Numbered from the stretch's first letter, positions 10,521 through 21,613 are shown. The stretch is 64,000 bases of DNA from an uncultured cyanobacterium (GCA_963803805.1 CAWDOD010000010.1:160001-224000), one strand, 5' to 3'. Notes: generated by a model not told the origin, from the letters alone. Program-made: numbers and translations.

Positions 10521-13149
10521 TTAAAACAAGCTTTGTTGCTGAATTAACTTGGCGATTAATGCTGTCCAGCCAGTTTGGTGACTAGCCCCTAAACCTGCCC
10601 CGTTGTCACCATGGAAGTACTCGTAAAAGAGAATGAGGTTGCGCCAATGGGGGTCTTGCTGAAACTTTTCTAAATCCCCATAGAGGGGACGTTGCTGTTT
10701 TTCGTCTCTTAAAAAGATGCGGATCAGTCTTTGGGATATGTCTGAGGCCACTTCCCAGAGGTTTTTGAATTGCCCTGATCCGGTGGGACATTCTACTTTA
10801 AAGTCATCCCCGAAATAGTGATGGAATTTTTGCAAAGATTCAATGAGGAGAAAGGTGAGGGGAAACCAAATCGGGCCACGCCAATTGGAGTTACCGCCAA
10901 ATTGATCTGTAGTGGACTCGGCAGGTTCGTAGTCTACTTGATACTGGCTACCATCCCATTTAAAGATGTAAGGATGTTCCTGATGATAGCGAGAGAGGGA
11001 ACGAATACCATAGGGAGAGAGGAACTCTTTCTCATCAAGCAAGCGGGTTAACAAGCGCCGGAGTTCATCAGGATGGGTTAAAGATAGCAACCGCCTGGCC
11101 CCTTTGCCGGGACAGTCCATACTAGCAATGTTTTTAGCTAAGTCCGGGCGGTGGGATAAAAACCAGTCAATTTGTTCTTTGAACTCTGGGATAATCTCTA
11201 ACAAGTCGGGTTCAAGGGTTTCTACGGCCAATAAGGGGGTTAGTCCTACGATGGAACGCACTTTCAGTAAGCAGCAGCGACCGCTTGGTAAATTTAAAGC
11301 ATCGTAGTAGAAACCATCTTCTTCATCCCAAAGGGGCATTTGCTGGCGACCAACATTGTTGATAGCATCGGCAATATAGATGAAGTGTTCAAAGAATTTG
11401 AGAGCCATATCGCTATAGATTTGATCTTCCCGACTTAGTTCAAGTGCGATCGCCAGCATATTAAGAGAAAATAATCCCATCCAAGCCGTACCATCAGCTT
11501 GTTCTAGTTCTCCTCCTGTGGGTAAGGGTTTGTTGCGATCAAAAACACCAATGTTATCTAGTCCCAGGAATCCCCCGGTAAAAATATTATCCCCGTGGGG
11601 ATCTTTACGATTAATCCACCAAGTAAAGTTGAGTAAGAGACGATGAAACATCCGTTCTAAGAAATGGCGATCGCCTTTACCAACGCGCTTCTTTTCAATT
11701 TTATAAACTCGCCAAGCAGCCCAAGCTTGAACAGGGGGATTAACATCCCCGAAAGCCCATTCATAGGCGGGTAATTGGCCGTTGGGGTGCATATACCATT
11801 GGCGGGTGAGAAGAAGGAGTTGCCTCTTAGCAAAATCGGCATCTATTATAGCCATTGGTAGGCAGTGAAAAGCTAAATCCCAAGCTGCAAACCAAGGATA
11901 TTCCCAGGTATCTGGCATGGAAATTACTTCTTCAGCGTAGAGACTTTGCCAGTCAGAGTTACGACCATCCAGACGGCTATCAGGTGGTTGTAGTTGAGCC
12001 GAATCCCCCTGCAACCAGGTTTTAACATCATAGCAATAATATTGCTTGCACCATAATAACCCGGCGAGGGGCCTGTCGTTGTACGTTGCAAGAGTCGGCA
12101 TCAAGGTTGGGAGTTAAGCTGTGGTAAAATTCATCGGCTTCCCCTTGACGTTGTGAGAAAATGTCTTTGAATTCTTGGTTAAAAGGGTTATCTAGTTGCC
12201 GATCTACAAATCGCAACTCCACAACTTTAGTTTCCCCTGCTGCAATTTCTAAATGATAATGGGCCGCTGCTTTCGTTCCTAGCTGATTAGGATTAACCGC
12301 CTCCTTTTCCCCCTTAATAATATAGTTGTGGAAAGCATCTTTAACATAGGGGGAAGCATTAGCTACACCCCAGAGACGCTGTTGGTTAGTCTCGTTATTG
12401 GTAAATAGTAGGGGGGGTTGTTCTTGACAATATAAGAAGCGATTACCATATTTAGGATTGTAGGCTTTAACTATTCCCTCCGCTAACTTAGTTACCTGGG
12501 CTTTTGGTTTGTCCCCCGTCCACGACCAAGTATTGCGAAACCACAAAGTAGGTATTAAGTCAAGCTTAGCTATTTCTGGGCCTCGGTTAGTAATGCTGAA
12601 GCGAATACAAATATCTTCCGGACTAACTTTGGCATACTCCGCCACCACATCAAAGTAGCGATCGCCAGTAAAGATGCCCGTATCAAGCAACTCAAACTCC
12701 CTAGCTTCTTTGCTCCTGCGCCCATTTTCTGCCACTAGTTGAGTATAGGGAAACTCCTGTTGGGGGTACTTATATAACCAGCGCATATAAGCATGACTAG
12801 GGGTATTATCCAAGTAAAAATAGTATTCCTTAACATCTTCCCCATGATTGCCCTCATTATTAGTTAAACCAAACAAGCGTTCTTTTAAAATGGGGTCTTG
12901 GCCATTCCACAAAGCCAATGCAAAGCAAATTTGACCATGGCGATCGCAGAACCCACCTAAGCCATCTTCACCCCAACGATAAGCCCGCGATCGCGCCTGA
13001 TCATGGGAAAAATAATCCCAAGCTGCACCATCAGCAGAATAATCTTCTCGAACAGTACCCCACTGACGTTCACTTAAGTAGGAACCCCAGCGATTCCAGT
13101 GGGCTTGGAGTTGAGTATTTTCCTGAATTCTTTGCTGTTCAGCGTTCAT
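10521..13149 (-). CDS. GH63 / MGH1-like glucosidase, split by one frameshift near 12070 (probably a sequencing error)
   Basis: Two overlapping ORFs (12028-13149 and 10521-12104) join into one protein of about 875 aa: [58 protein letters not shown]. Confidence 0.88.
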
Positions 13150-13198
13150 GATTTAACGGTTATTTTGAATAAAAAAAAATGATTAAGTGTAAATATTT

Positions 13199-13813
13199 TT
13201 AGGTTCGCCAAAGATAGAGTAAGGAGAATAAAATTACCCAAATACCATCAACAAAGTGCCAAAATAAAGATACACAAGTAACTCCGTAGTGACCGCGACT
13301 ATAGTTACTAGAAACAAAAGAACGAACTAACATCAGCATTTGTAAAAAGATGCCAATAGTAATATGTAAAGCATGAAAACCAGTTAACAGAAAAAAGGTT
13401 GCACCGACCAAACCTGTAGATAGTTTAAAATCAAGTCCCTGCCATTCTTTAAGTGTACCGGCTAAAAAGTACGCTCCCATTACTGAAGTAGTTAGCCACA
13501 ATAGGCGAAATAACCATAAATGATGCTTTTTGAGAGCCTGTTCTGCAAAATAAATAACTAAACTACTAGAAAGAAGAATAATAGTATTAATTATTATCGG
13601 CGTAGATAATTCTGGCCCTAAAACTCCAGGAGGTAGCCATTGAGAAGTAGTTGAGCGCAGTATAATATAGGTCAGTAAAAAACTGACAAAGACCATACTT
13701 TCCGAGAGCAAAAAGATGGTGAAACCAAATAGGACATTACCTTTTCGTTGCTCTTTTTTGCTACTGGGTTCGTTGGGAGGAATACCAGAGGATTGCTCAA
13801 TAGAACTTGTCAT
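13199..13813 (-). CDS. ctaE: Heme-copper oxidase subunit III (ARTO type)
   Basis: Motifs FLLSESMVF, TGFHALH and FWHFVD; lies downstream of ctaD. Confidence 0.92.
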   Translation of the reverse strand: MTSSIEQSSGIPPNEPSSKKEQRKGNVLFGFTIFLLSESMVFVSFLLTYIILRSTTSQWLPPGVLGPELSTPIIINTIILLSSSLVIYFAEQALKKHHLWLFRLLWLTTSVMGAYFLAGTLKEWQGLDFKLSTGLVGATFFLLTGFHALHITIGIFLQMLMLVRSFVSSNYSRGHYGVTCVSLFWHFVDGIWVILFSLLYLWRT

Positions 13814-13833
13814 AATTTAGATTGTTTTCATGG

Positions 13834-13948
13834 TAAGTAGTCGTAGAAAATTATTTGTATATTTACTATTTAGTTATATATCAACTGTTCCCTATTGCCT
13901 ATTCCCTACCCCAACAAAATGTTAAATTAATTATTGCTCAAGTACTTA
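13834..13948. mobile_element. MITE-like short element (TAAGTA...TACTTA ends)
   Basis: Begins taagtagtcgtagaaaatt and ends aattattgctcaagtactta (imperfect terminal inverted repeats); non-coding interior. Confidence 0.5.
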
Positions 13949-13954
13949 TGTGGT

Positions 13955-14057
13955 TAAGCTGATGTGCATTTAAACTATGTATTACTCAACTAGGAAATAA
14001 GCCCTAAAACCCTCCCCCCATCAAACCTAATAAGTAAATTAAATGCCTGACAGCTTA
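13955..14057. mobile_element. MITE-like element, copy 1 (TAAGCTG...GCATTTAA termini)
   Basis: Terminal inverted repeats taagctgatgtgcatttaa and ttaaatgcctgacagctta; a near-identical inverted copy lies at 52133-52261. Confidence 0.8.
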
Positions 14058-15734
14058 CTTACCATGTCTGCCAATTGCCTCTTCATCACTTGTATCAACT
14101 GTAGAATATTGCGGTAGACCATAGCTATAAGGAGCTAAGGTAACTCTAGGAATTTGTTCAAAATTTTCTTTTGGCGGTGGTGAAGTAGTTGTCCATTCTA
14201 ACCCTGTAGCGTGCCAAGGGTTGTTTGCTGCTGACTCGCCGTTGAGCCAGGAAGCAACCATATTGGCGATAAAGGGCAAAGTGGCCATTCCTAATAAAAA
14301 TGCCCCAAGACTAGCAACAATGTTTCCTCCTGCATACGGAGGGTCATAGGAGGAGATGCGGCGTACCATTCCTTGCAGTCCTAAAGGGAACATCATTGGG
14401 AAAAAAGTTAGGTTTGCACTGATGAAAGTTAGCCAGAAGTGAATTTTTCCCCAAGCTTCGTGATACATCCGTCCAGTCATTTTGGGAAACCAAAAATAGA
14501 TGGCGGCGAATATCGCCATGGTGATGGTGTTAAAGACAATGTAGTGAAAATGCCCCACCACGAAGTAAGTATTATTGACGTGCAGATCAAAGGCCAATGA
14601 ACCCAGCATGATGCCAGTGATGCCACCAATCATAAACATAATAATCCCCCCCAGAGCAAAGAGCATCGGTGTATCTAGATGTAGCTTACTTCTCCATACT
14701 GTAGCTGTCCAAGCAAAAACCTTAATTCCCGTCGGCACGGCAACTAACATAGTTGTGAACATAAAGAGGATTCGCATCCAACTAGGAGTACCACTAGCAA
14801 ACATATGATGTACCCAGACTACAGCACTAAATATAGATATACCAAAAGAAGCGATCGCAACTGATTTATAACCAAACAAGGGGTTACGAGTGAAGGCAGG
14901 AAGAATTTCTGAAAACACCCCAAAAGCAGGCAAGACCATCACGTAAACCGCAGGATGGGAGTAAAACCAAAAGAGGTGCTGGTAGAGAACAGGATCTCCC
15001 CCGGTTGCGGGATTGAAAAAGTTTGTACCAAAACAAAGGTCGAAAAATAGCATGATTGCTGCACCAGTTAAAGCGGGTAAACAAAATAGCTGCAATAGCT
15101 GGGCGCTAAGTACTGTCCAGACGAAGATCGGCATTTTAAAAGGAGTCATGCCAGGGGCGCGCATTCTGACAATGGTAGAGACAAAGTTGACTCCTCCCAT
15201 AATTGAAGATACGCCGATCAAAACAACACTCAGTAGCCAAATCGTTTCGCCATTAATGAGTTTACCTGAAGGATTTTGAATACTTACAGGGGGATAAGAC
15301 CACCATCCCGCCTGGGCTGAACCACTAGGCAACAAAAAGCTGGATATTAGCAAAACTCCCGCGACAGGTATAATCCAAAAAGCGATCGCATTCAATTTTG
15401 GAAAGGCCATATCCTTGGCCCCAATCATCAAAGGAATTAAATAGTTAGCTAAGCCTACTTGGGAAGGGATGATCCACAAGAAAATCATCACCGTACCATG
15501 GAGGGTATACAAGCCGTTATAAAGAGTGCGATCAACTAAATCGGATACAGGGGTAATCAATTCCGCCCGCAGGATCATCGACATGATGCCAGCGATGAGA
15601 AAGAAGATAAAAGTCGTGACGAGATACTGAATGCCAATCACTTTATGGTCAGTATTAAAGCTAAAGTAGCGTTTCCAGCTATCTTGAGAAGCTTCAGACT
15701 CGCCAATATTTGTCAGATTTGAATTAACTGTCAT
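14055..15734 (-). CDS. ctaD: Heme-copper oxidase subunit I, type A2 (ARTO)
   Basis: His ligands TLHG, WFYSHPAVY, VWVHHMF and GHFHY; A2-type YS motif; HVNNTYF instead of the Mg-binding HD. ATG at 15734 preferred over the ORF-track start at 15749. Confidence 0.95.
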   Translation of the reverse strand: MTVNSNLTNIGESEASQDSWKRYFSFNTDHKVIGIQYLVTTFIFFLIAGIMSMILRAELITPVSDLVDRTLYNGLYTLHGTVMIFLWIIPSQVGLANYLIPLMIGAKDMAFPKLNAIAFWIIPVAGVLLISSFLLPSGSAQAGWWSYPPVSIQNPSGKLINGETIWLLSVVLIGVSSIMGGVNFVSTIVRMRAPGMTPFKMPIFVWTVLSAQLLQLFCLPALTGAAIMLFFDLCFGTNFFNPATGGDPVLYQHLFWFYSHPAVYVMVLPAFGVFSEILPAFTRNPLFGYKSVAIASFGISIFSAVVWVHHMFASGTPSWMRILFMFTTMLVAVPTGIKVFAWTATVWRSKLHLDTPMLFALGGIIMFMIGGITGIMLGSLAFDLHVNNTYFVVGHFHYIVFNTITMAIFAAIYFWFPKMTGRMYHEAWGKIHFWLTFISANLTFFPMMFPLGLQGMVRRISSYDPPYAGGNIVASLGAFLLGMATLPFIANMVASWLNGESAANNPWHATGLEWTTTSPPPKENFEQIPRVTLAPYSYGLPQYSTVDTSDEEAIGRHGK

Positions 15735-16338
15735 ATTTTGGGTTATCAACTATTGGTTTTGCTTCAGCTTGCTCCAAATTCTCTTGCAAAATATCGAGGA
15801 CAATCTGGGGATCGGTTGCCTGCTGCATAATTTGGGCTTCTTGATCATAGCGATCGCGTATAGTGGGAATATCTGTTCTCAATTTTTCTACTAACTCAAT
15901 TAATTTGGCAATTTTTTGTTCTGTTAACAAATTGATTTGTAAGATCAAATGAGAACGTTGTTCAGCTAGTTTATTTTGACGAGTTTGTTGTACTAATACT
16001 CCTGTAGCAATTAGCAAAGCAGCAGTGTCTACTCCCATATTTTGTAGCTCGAATTTAGGGAAACCAAATGGTAACAGTTGTGGTGCTAGATGGCTGCACA
16101 AACCCCAGCTAGCAAAGAATAATAGCTGTAAATACAAAAATTCTGATTTGCTGAAGAAAGCAGCTATCTTTTCAATCAGGCGCTCATGTAGAGGTAGCTT
16201 ATTTTCCTGTTTGGCTTGAAAGCCAATTATTGTCTCTATATTTTTGACAACTTGTTCCGATAAAGGATACTTCTCTCCGTTAAGATTAAAAGACTTCGCT
16301 GGCAGAGAAGTTAAAGATGGTTGCTCAGGAGAAATCAT
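15724..16338 (-). CDS. DUF1003-like membrane protein
   Basis: NIETI...RLIEKIAAF, two TM helices, VLVQQTRQ...LQINLLTEQKIAKLI. Confidence 0.75.
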   Translation of the reverse strand: MISPEQPSLTSLPAKSFNLNGEKYPLSEQVVKNIETIIGFQAKQENKLPLHERLIEKIAAFFSKSEFLYLQLLFFASWGLCSHLAPQLLPFGFPKFELQNMGVDTAALLIATGVLVQQTRQNKLAEQRSHLILQINLLTEQKIAKLIELVEKLRTDIPTIRDRYDQEAQIMQQATDPQIVLDILQENLEQAEAKPIVDNPKYDS

Positions 16339-16377
16339 ACAGTTAAGATCCTTGTTTTTGGTAAAGAGTATAAGCTT

Positions 16378-17280
16378 TCAAAATTTTCTATTTTCAGAAG
16401 CTACTAAAGGTGAGTATGGTTCAACAGTTTTCCAGTTGCTTTTGATTAGTTGTTGAGGTTTGTGGGCGTGTTCTGTGGCTGCCAAGTTTGGCTGCATCCC
16501 TTTGTGCGCAGCCGACTGCAACCACTGACTGTAGGCTTGGGGGGAATCCACATATACATCTGCTTCCATCAAAGCGAAATACGTCCCGCTAAACTGAGAA
16601 TCGTGAAGCTTATATTTACCTTCAGTTATCGGGGTAAAAGTAAAATCAAGAATATGATCAGGAATAATATCTTGTTTAAAGCGGAATTCGGGAACGTAAA
16701 AACCGTGAATTACATCCTCTGACTCAAAGATAAGATGCACAGGTTTATTTTGTGGTAAGTGCAGTTCAGAGGTTGTGATATTTTCTTGGAGATAGCGAAA
16801 ATTCCACTCCCATTGTTTAGCATTTACTTCAATTTCTTCTACAGAATTAGGAACTGTTTGAGTGACTAAGGGGGTATCTGGATTATTTGCAGCATTTGAG
16901 TCCATTATTGTATTCAACCCTTCAATGTTTAACTTCTGATAAATATGAAAGTTTTGCCAAGCAATCCATAAGACTAAGACCGTAGGTATGGCAGTCCAGA
17001 GAAATTCCAAAGTGTTGTTGCCTCTGGCTGGGTGTCCTTCAGTGTAGTCATTTGGGGCTGCCCGACAGGTGATAATTGAAAAAACCATCATGCCCACAAC
17101 GCCAAAAAAAACAACCGCCCCCAAGGTTACCAAAAAGCTAAACAAATCATCAACGTGCTGGGCTTCTGCGGTGGCTGCGGTTGGCATCCAAGAGTATGCC
17201 TGTTGTCCCAACCAGTAACTAACTATAATACTTGCTGCAACACTAATTAAGATGGCAATTTTTTCTAAGGTGTTATTCAT
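16378..17280 (-). CDS. ctaC: Heme-copper oxidase subunit II lacking CuA cysteines (ARTO)
   Basis: Motifs LEFLWTAIP, AKQWEW and DVIHGFYVP; the CuA motif CxExCGxxH is replaced by DSQFSGTYF. Confidence 0.93.
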   Translation of the reverse strand: MNNTLEKIAILISVAASIIVSYWLGQQAYSWMPTAATAEAQHVDDLFSFLVTLGAVVFFGVVGMMVFSIITCRAAPNDYTEGHPARGNNTLEFLWTAIPTVLVLWIAWQNFHIYQKLNIEGLNTIMDSNAANNPDTPLVTQTVPNSVEEIEVNAKQWEWNFRYLQENITTSELHLPQNKPVHLIFESEDVIHGFYVPEFRFKQDIIPDHILDFTFTPITEGKYKLHDSQFSGTYFALMEADVYVDSPQAYSQWLQSAAHKGMQPNLAATEHAHKPQQLIKSNWKTVEPYSPLVASENRKF

Positions 17281-17316
17281 ATAATACAGTTAGTAGCCTG
17301 AAGAGCTTGAAAATAA

Positions 17317-17922
17317 TTATTTAAGAATCATATTGGGATTTTTGCCCTCTTGCAACAACCCCGCAGCCGTATTGTGAATAGCAAACTCATTCCCCATTTG
17401 CGCTCCTAAAGTACCATGAACAAAGAGAAGGGCAAACATCAACAAGCCAACTAATAAATAACTCCACTGCACTTGTCTTACCTTGTGTTTACGCCAATGG
17501 TAACGCTGATAACCCCGCCACAAAGTTAAACCGGCGATCGCAGCCAACAACAAAACTCCGCCAATCCCATGCCAAAGAATGGTTGTACCTGCCCCCAAAC
17601 CCCAGATACTTTTTTTAGTAACAGAAGGTTGAGCTAGCATAATCTCAAAAAAACCGGCTGCTACAGTAAAAAAGGTAATCACAGCAGCAGCGACTAAATT
17701 ATACCAGCCTAAATCATAAAAACCGGTGCGAGTTGCCCTTAAACCTAACAACTTAAGAATGGGCTTTTCTAGAGGAAATAGGGTTCCTGCCCAATCAAAA
17801 ATGACGGCAATAATAAAGAGTCCCAGGGTAAAGTGAACCAGTAGGGGATGAATAGGAAACTCATAGGGCAAACCGTTTGCACCTATATTTAATCCTAATT
17901 GCTTAATTAACTGTTCGTTCAC
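17317..17922 (-). CDS. DUF2231-like membrane protein
   Basis: IHPLLVHF motif, four TM helices, conserved His (WHGIG); in the ARTO operon. Confidence 0.8.
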   Translation of the reverse strand: MNEQLIKQLGLNIGANGLPYEFPIHPLLVHFTLGLFIIAVIFDWAGTLFPLEKPILKLLGLRATRTGFYDLGWYNLVAAAVITFFTVAAGFFEIMLAQPSVTKKSIWGLGAGTTILWHGIGGVLLLAAIAGLTLWRGYQRYHWRKHKVRQVQWSYLLVGLLMFALLFVHGTLGAQMGNEFAIHNTAAGLLQEGKNPNMILK

Positions 17923-18413
17923 TATAAAATTCCTTCTTGGGCAGCTTGTACCACAGGTTCAATATGCAGCCCGTAAACCCAAACCAAACGAGTACCAAGG
18001 TAAACCTGAAAAGTTACCAAAAAAACTAAAATTGTGGCTACTCCTAAATAAGCAGGAGGAATTTTTTTAGCATGACGAATCCGAATAACAAACCGCCAAG
18101 CAGTGACCGCCACAATAATACCTGCTAATGACCAACCGATTATGGTATGTAAATTTAATACGGGTTTTACTGCCTCATAAGGTTGAGCTAAACCTGCTTC
18201 AAACTGACCCACAATAATCGCTAGAAATATCGATACCGAAGCGACAAACAGATTCCAAAAACTTACCTCAAACATCTTGATATTATGAGTTAAATAGCCT
18301 ACTACATCGCAAAAGAAAGAGAAAAAAACCATGGCGATGACAAAGTGAACAATAATAGGATGAAGAGGATCAGGATAGGGTAAATTGCTACTGTTTAAAG
18401 ACAAATTAAACAT
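17922..18413 (-). CDS. DUF2231-like membrane protein
   Basis: LHPIIVHF, LHTIIG and LGTRLVWVYG motifs; first gene of the ARTO operon. Confidence 0.8.
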   Translation of the reverse strand: MFNLSLNSSNLPYPDPLHPIIVHFVIAMVFFSFFCDVVGYLTHNIKMFEVSFWNLFVASVSIFLAIIVGQFEAGLAQPYEAVKPVLNLHTIIGWSLAGIIVAVTAWRFVIRIRHAKKIPPAYLGVATILVFLVTFQVYLGTRLVWVYGLHIEPVVQAAQEGIL

Positions 18414-18655
18414 AGTTTATATGGCTAAAAACAAGCCAGAGGGAGAATCATTTTTATTTTCTCATGCTTTATTAATCTATATCAAGAATGAATACATAGT
18501 CCACTTAAATTTAGATAAGAAGACCGCCAAATCTTTACCTGCTGTCCCCCTCAATCGCTTCTATCACAGGGAAGATAAATAGTTTCATGGGATCAATAAC
18601 GATCACATATGTAGACAAAAACTCTAGAATTAAAAAGTAAATATACTTCCCATAA

Positions 18656-20083
18656 ATGAATAACTCAACCGCTCCCACTATTATTGTCGGCGGAGGCTTT
18701 GTTGGACTTTTTACTGCTTTACATTTAAGCCATCGTCATTACGGTGATCCCGTTATCCTCATTGATTCTCAAGAACGTTTTGTTTTTAAACCCTTACTCT
18801 ATGAATACTTAACAGGGGAGATGCAAGACGAACAGGTTTTACCCCGCTACGAAGAACTATTAGAAGGTAGTGAGGTGACTTTTGTACAGGCTCAGGTAAA
18901 GAGTATTGATTTAGAGCAACATCAAGTAGAATTAGCTTCGGGTTTACATTACAACTATCGTTATCTGGTGTTAGGAGTAGGGAGTACCCAAGGCTATTTT
19001 GGCACGGAGGGAGCCAAAGAAAACGCTTTTCCCTTTCGGACTCAAGAAGATGCAATCAGCTTAGAACGACACCTCAGAGATTGTTTGCAGCAAGCTAGCC
19101 ACACCGAAGAGCCGCAAGTACGTCGCTCCTTACTAACTATAGCAGTAGTTGGGGCAGGGCCTTCAGGGGTGGAGATGGCAGCTACCCTGGCTGACTTATT
19201 ACCCAGTTGGTATGACAAGTTAGGCGGCAATATTCAAGATATTCGCATTGTTGTAGTTAATCACTCTCAAGAAATTTTATCCGGTGATGTCAACTCTCAT
19301 CTACAAGAAACAGCCCTTGAAGCTTTGAAAAGTCGTACTGTACCTGTTGAATTAATGCTAGGGGTAAAAGTTACCGGTGTAGATTCAGGCTGTTTGCAGT
19401 ATCAACACAAGGATAAAGAGGAAGCAGAAACCTTATTTACCCAAACTACAATTTGGACGGCTGGTACGGCAACTAACCCTTTAATTGAATTTTTAGAGGG
19501 GATCAAACCAGAAAATAAAGATAAGCATGGTTTACCTTTGGTAACTTCTGCCTTGCAGTTACCTGACTTTCCCGAAGTATTTGCAGCAGGAGACTGTGGG
19601 GTAGTAAAGACACATCCTCTACCCCCTGTAGCCCAAATTGCCTATCAACAGGGTGCGGGTATTGCCGATAATTTGATTGCCCTGTCTCAGGATAAAGAGC
19701 TTCATGCAGTTGAAGTAACCATGAAGGGAACCCTAATGAAATTAGGCATTAATAACGGGGTTGCTAATCTGTTCAATAAAATTCAGGTAACAGGAAAAAC
19801 TGGAGATTTAATTCGCAACGGGACTTATTTAGAACTGTTGCCAACTCCTGTTCACAACTTCAAAGCTACTACCGATTGGCTAATAGACGAAATCTTTGCT
19901 CCTCACCAGCCACCAGAATCGATTACAACTCCGACGAGAAAATCTCAACTCAATCGAATTGCTGTCTGGGTTAGCGGTACAATCGCTGCGATCGCCTTAA
20001 TTGCTGGTTCGATAGTAGTATGGCGCACAACTCAACCTTCCCCTCCCCAACAACCTACCCAAGAACAAGATGTGGGTGAATAA
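18656..20083 (+). CDS. Type II NAD(P)H dehydrogenase-like FAD oxidoreductase with a C-terminal TM helix
   Basis: Motifs VGGGFVG, FKPLLYE, VGAGPSGVE, WTAG, FAAGD and AQIAYQQG; hydrophobic C-terminal helix. Confidence 0.85.
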   Translation: MNNSTAPTIIVGGGFVGLFTALHLSHRHYGDPVILIDSQERFVFKPLLYEYLTGEMQDEQVLPRYEELLEGSEVTFVQAQVKSIDLEQHQVELASGLHYNYRYLVLGVGSTQGYFGTEGAKENAFPFRTQEDAISLERHLRDCLQQASHTEEPQVRRSLLTIAVVGAGPSGVEMAATLADLLPSWYDKLGGNIQDIRIVVVNHSQEILSGDVNSHLQETALEALKSRTVPVELMLGVKVTGVDSGCLQYQHKDKEEAETLFTQTTIWTAGTATNPLIEFLEGIKPENKDKHGLPLVTSALQLPDFPEVFAAGDCGVVKTHPLPPVAQIAYQQGAGIADNLIALSQDKELHAVEVTMKGTLMKLGINNGVANLFNKIQVTGKTGDLIRNGTYLELLPTPVHNFKATTDWLIDEIFAPHQPPESITTPTRKSQLNRIAVWVSGTIAAIALIAGSIVVWRTTQPSPPQQPTQEQDVGE

Positions 20084-20163
20084 GATCCAGTCCGTTTAAA
20101 TACTGATGATTTATTTTAGGAGCTAGGGAAGTAGAGAGTTTTTGTAATCATAGCTTGTTCTTT

Positions 20164-21613
20164 CTATTTCATTTTACCTCGCAACTCCATTGTCCAAACC
20201 ACAGCACTAACAACTACTGCCCCACAAAGAATCAGTGTCGCAACATGAAAAGCACCTTGCAGCCCTTGCACTAGAGCTTCAGGGGGAGCATTGGTAACAT
20301 CGATTTTTCCTGCCCCTTTAATACTAGCGATCGCAAAGGTTGAAAACAAAGCTCCAATTAAAGGCACACCAGTGGTTTGCCCTAAAGTACGTGATAAAGA
20401 TAATAAACCAGAAGCAATACCTAATCTTTCTCGCGGTACTCCCCCCATGATAGCACTGTTGTTAGGGGATTGAAACATACCTAATCCCAAGCCAAAAGGA
20501 GCAACTCGCAGGATGTAACCTAAGTCGGTTAACTGAGTATTGAAAGTACTTATTAACCCACAGCCAATTACCATCAAAATCAGACCCATTAAACTAATTA
20601 ATCGGGGGCCAAAACGAATCCGATAAGCGGCCGGATATTGGTGCAACTATACCACCCAAGATTGGTGCTACAGCCAGAAGTAAGCCCACTTGTTGGGTAG
20701 AATACTGTAATACTAATTCCAGGAAAAAAGGTAAGACAAAAATCACCCCAGCAATAACCACAAAAACCAAAACTCCAGTCAACAAACCCAGGCTAAATTG
20801 CAAGTTGCGAAAAACTGCTAAATCTAACATAGGTTGTTTGAGGCGTGCTTGTAAAAAGACAAAAGCTATTACACAAATGGCAGTAATTGCTAGCAGAGTT
20901 AAAGTTATAGGACTGTTAAATCCTTGTTTTTGCCCCTCTGTCATGCCAATAGCAAAGCAGGTAAGAGTGACTACTGCTAGCAAAGCCCCCAGAAAATCAA
21001 AACGCTGTCCAGCGCTGCTACTACTAGAAGAAGGGACAAAACGAAAAACAATAAAGCTAGCCAAAATACCAATGGGTACATTGACTAAAAACAGACTACG
21101 CCAACCTGACAAACCGATTAGTAAGCCCCCTACAGTAGGGCCTAGGGATACACCTAAAGAAACAACCGCCCCAATAATTCCTAAAGCTTGGCCTCGTTCC
21201 GATGCTGGGAAAACTTCGGTAATAATTGCTGCACCAAGGGCAGAGATAAACACAGCACCCATACCTTGCAAAGCTCGAAAAGCAATGAGAAAATATTCAG
21301 AAGAGGAAAGCCCACACAATAAGGAACTGATGGTGAAAATAGTCAACCCACCTAAGTAAAGTTTTTTCTTGCCATACATATCTCCCAACCGTGCTGCACC
21401 GAGAACAAAAGCAGTCACAACCAGTAAATAACTCAGGACGACTAATTGAATAGTTGCAAAGTTAGTCTGGAAAGCCTTAACTAAAGTGGGTAATGCGATA
21501 TTAACAATACTGCTGTCAATGGTGAACATAAGCACTCCCAAACCAACGCCCAGCATTGCCCACCATTTTTGGTTAGGAGGAGTCGCATTAGTAGTTGCAC
21601 GAGTATTTCTCAT
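20164..21613 (-). CDS. MFS transporter (DHA2/EmrB-QacA type), split by a frameshift near 20615
   Basis: IDSSIVNIALP, ARLGDMYGKK, FRALQG, GPTVGG; the second part continues RFGPR...FQSPNNSAIMG. Confidence 0.88.

Noticed and set aside
14320-14400. Odd residues in CtaD (FPMMFPLG and YAGGN instead of FPMHPLG and ..WN)
   Set aside because: These are not metal ligands, and the assembly shows local errors, so a biological interpretation is unsafe.
18587-18607. Possible CRP/FNR-like site (tgggat-N8-atcaca) in the ARTO/NDH-2 divergent promoter
   Set aside because: The spacing does not fit TGTGA-N6-TCACA and one half-site is imperfect; it cannot be supported.
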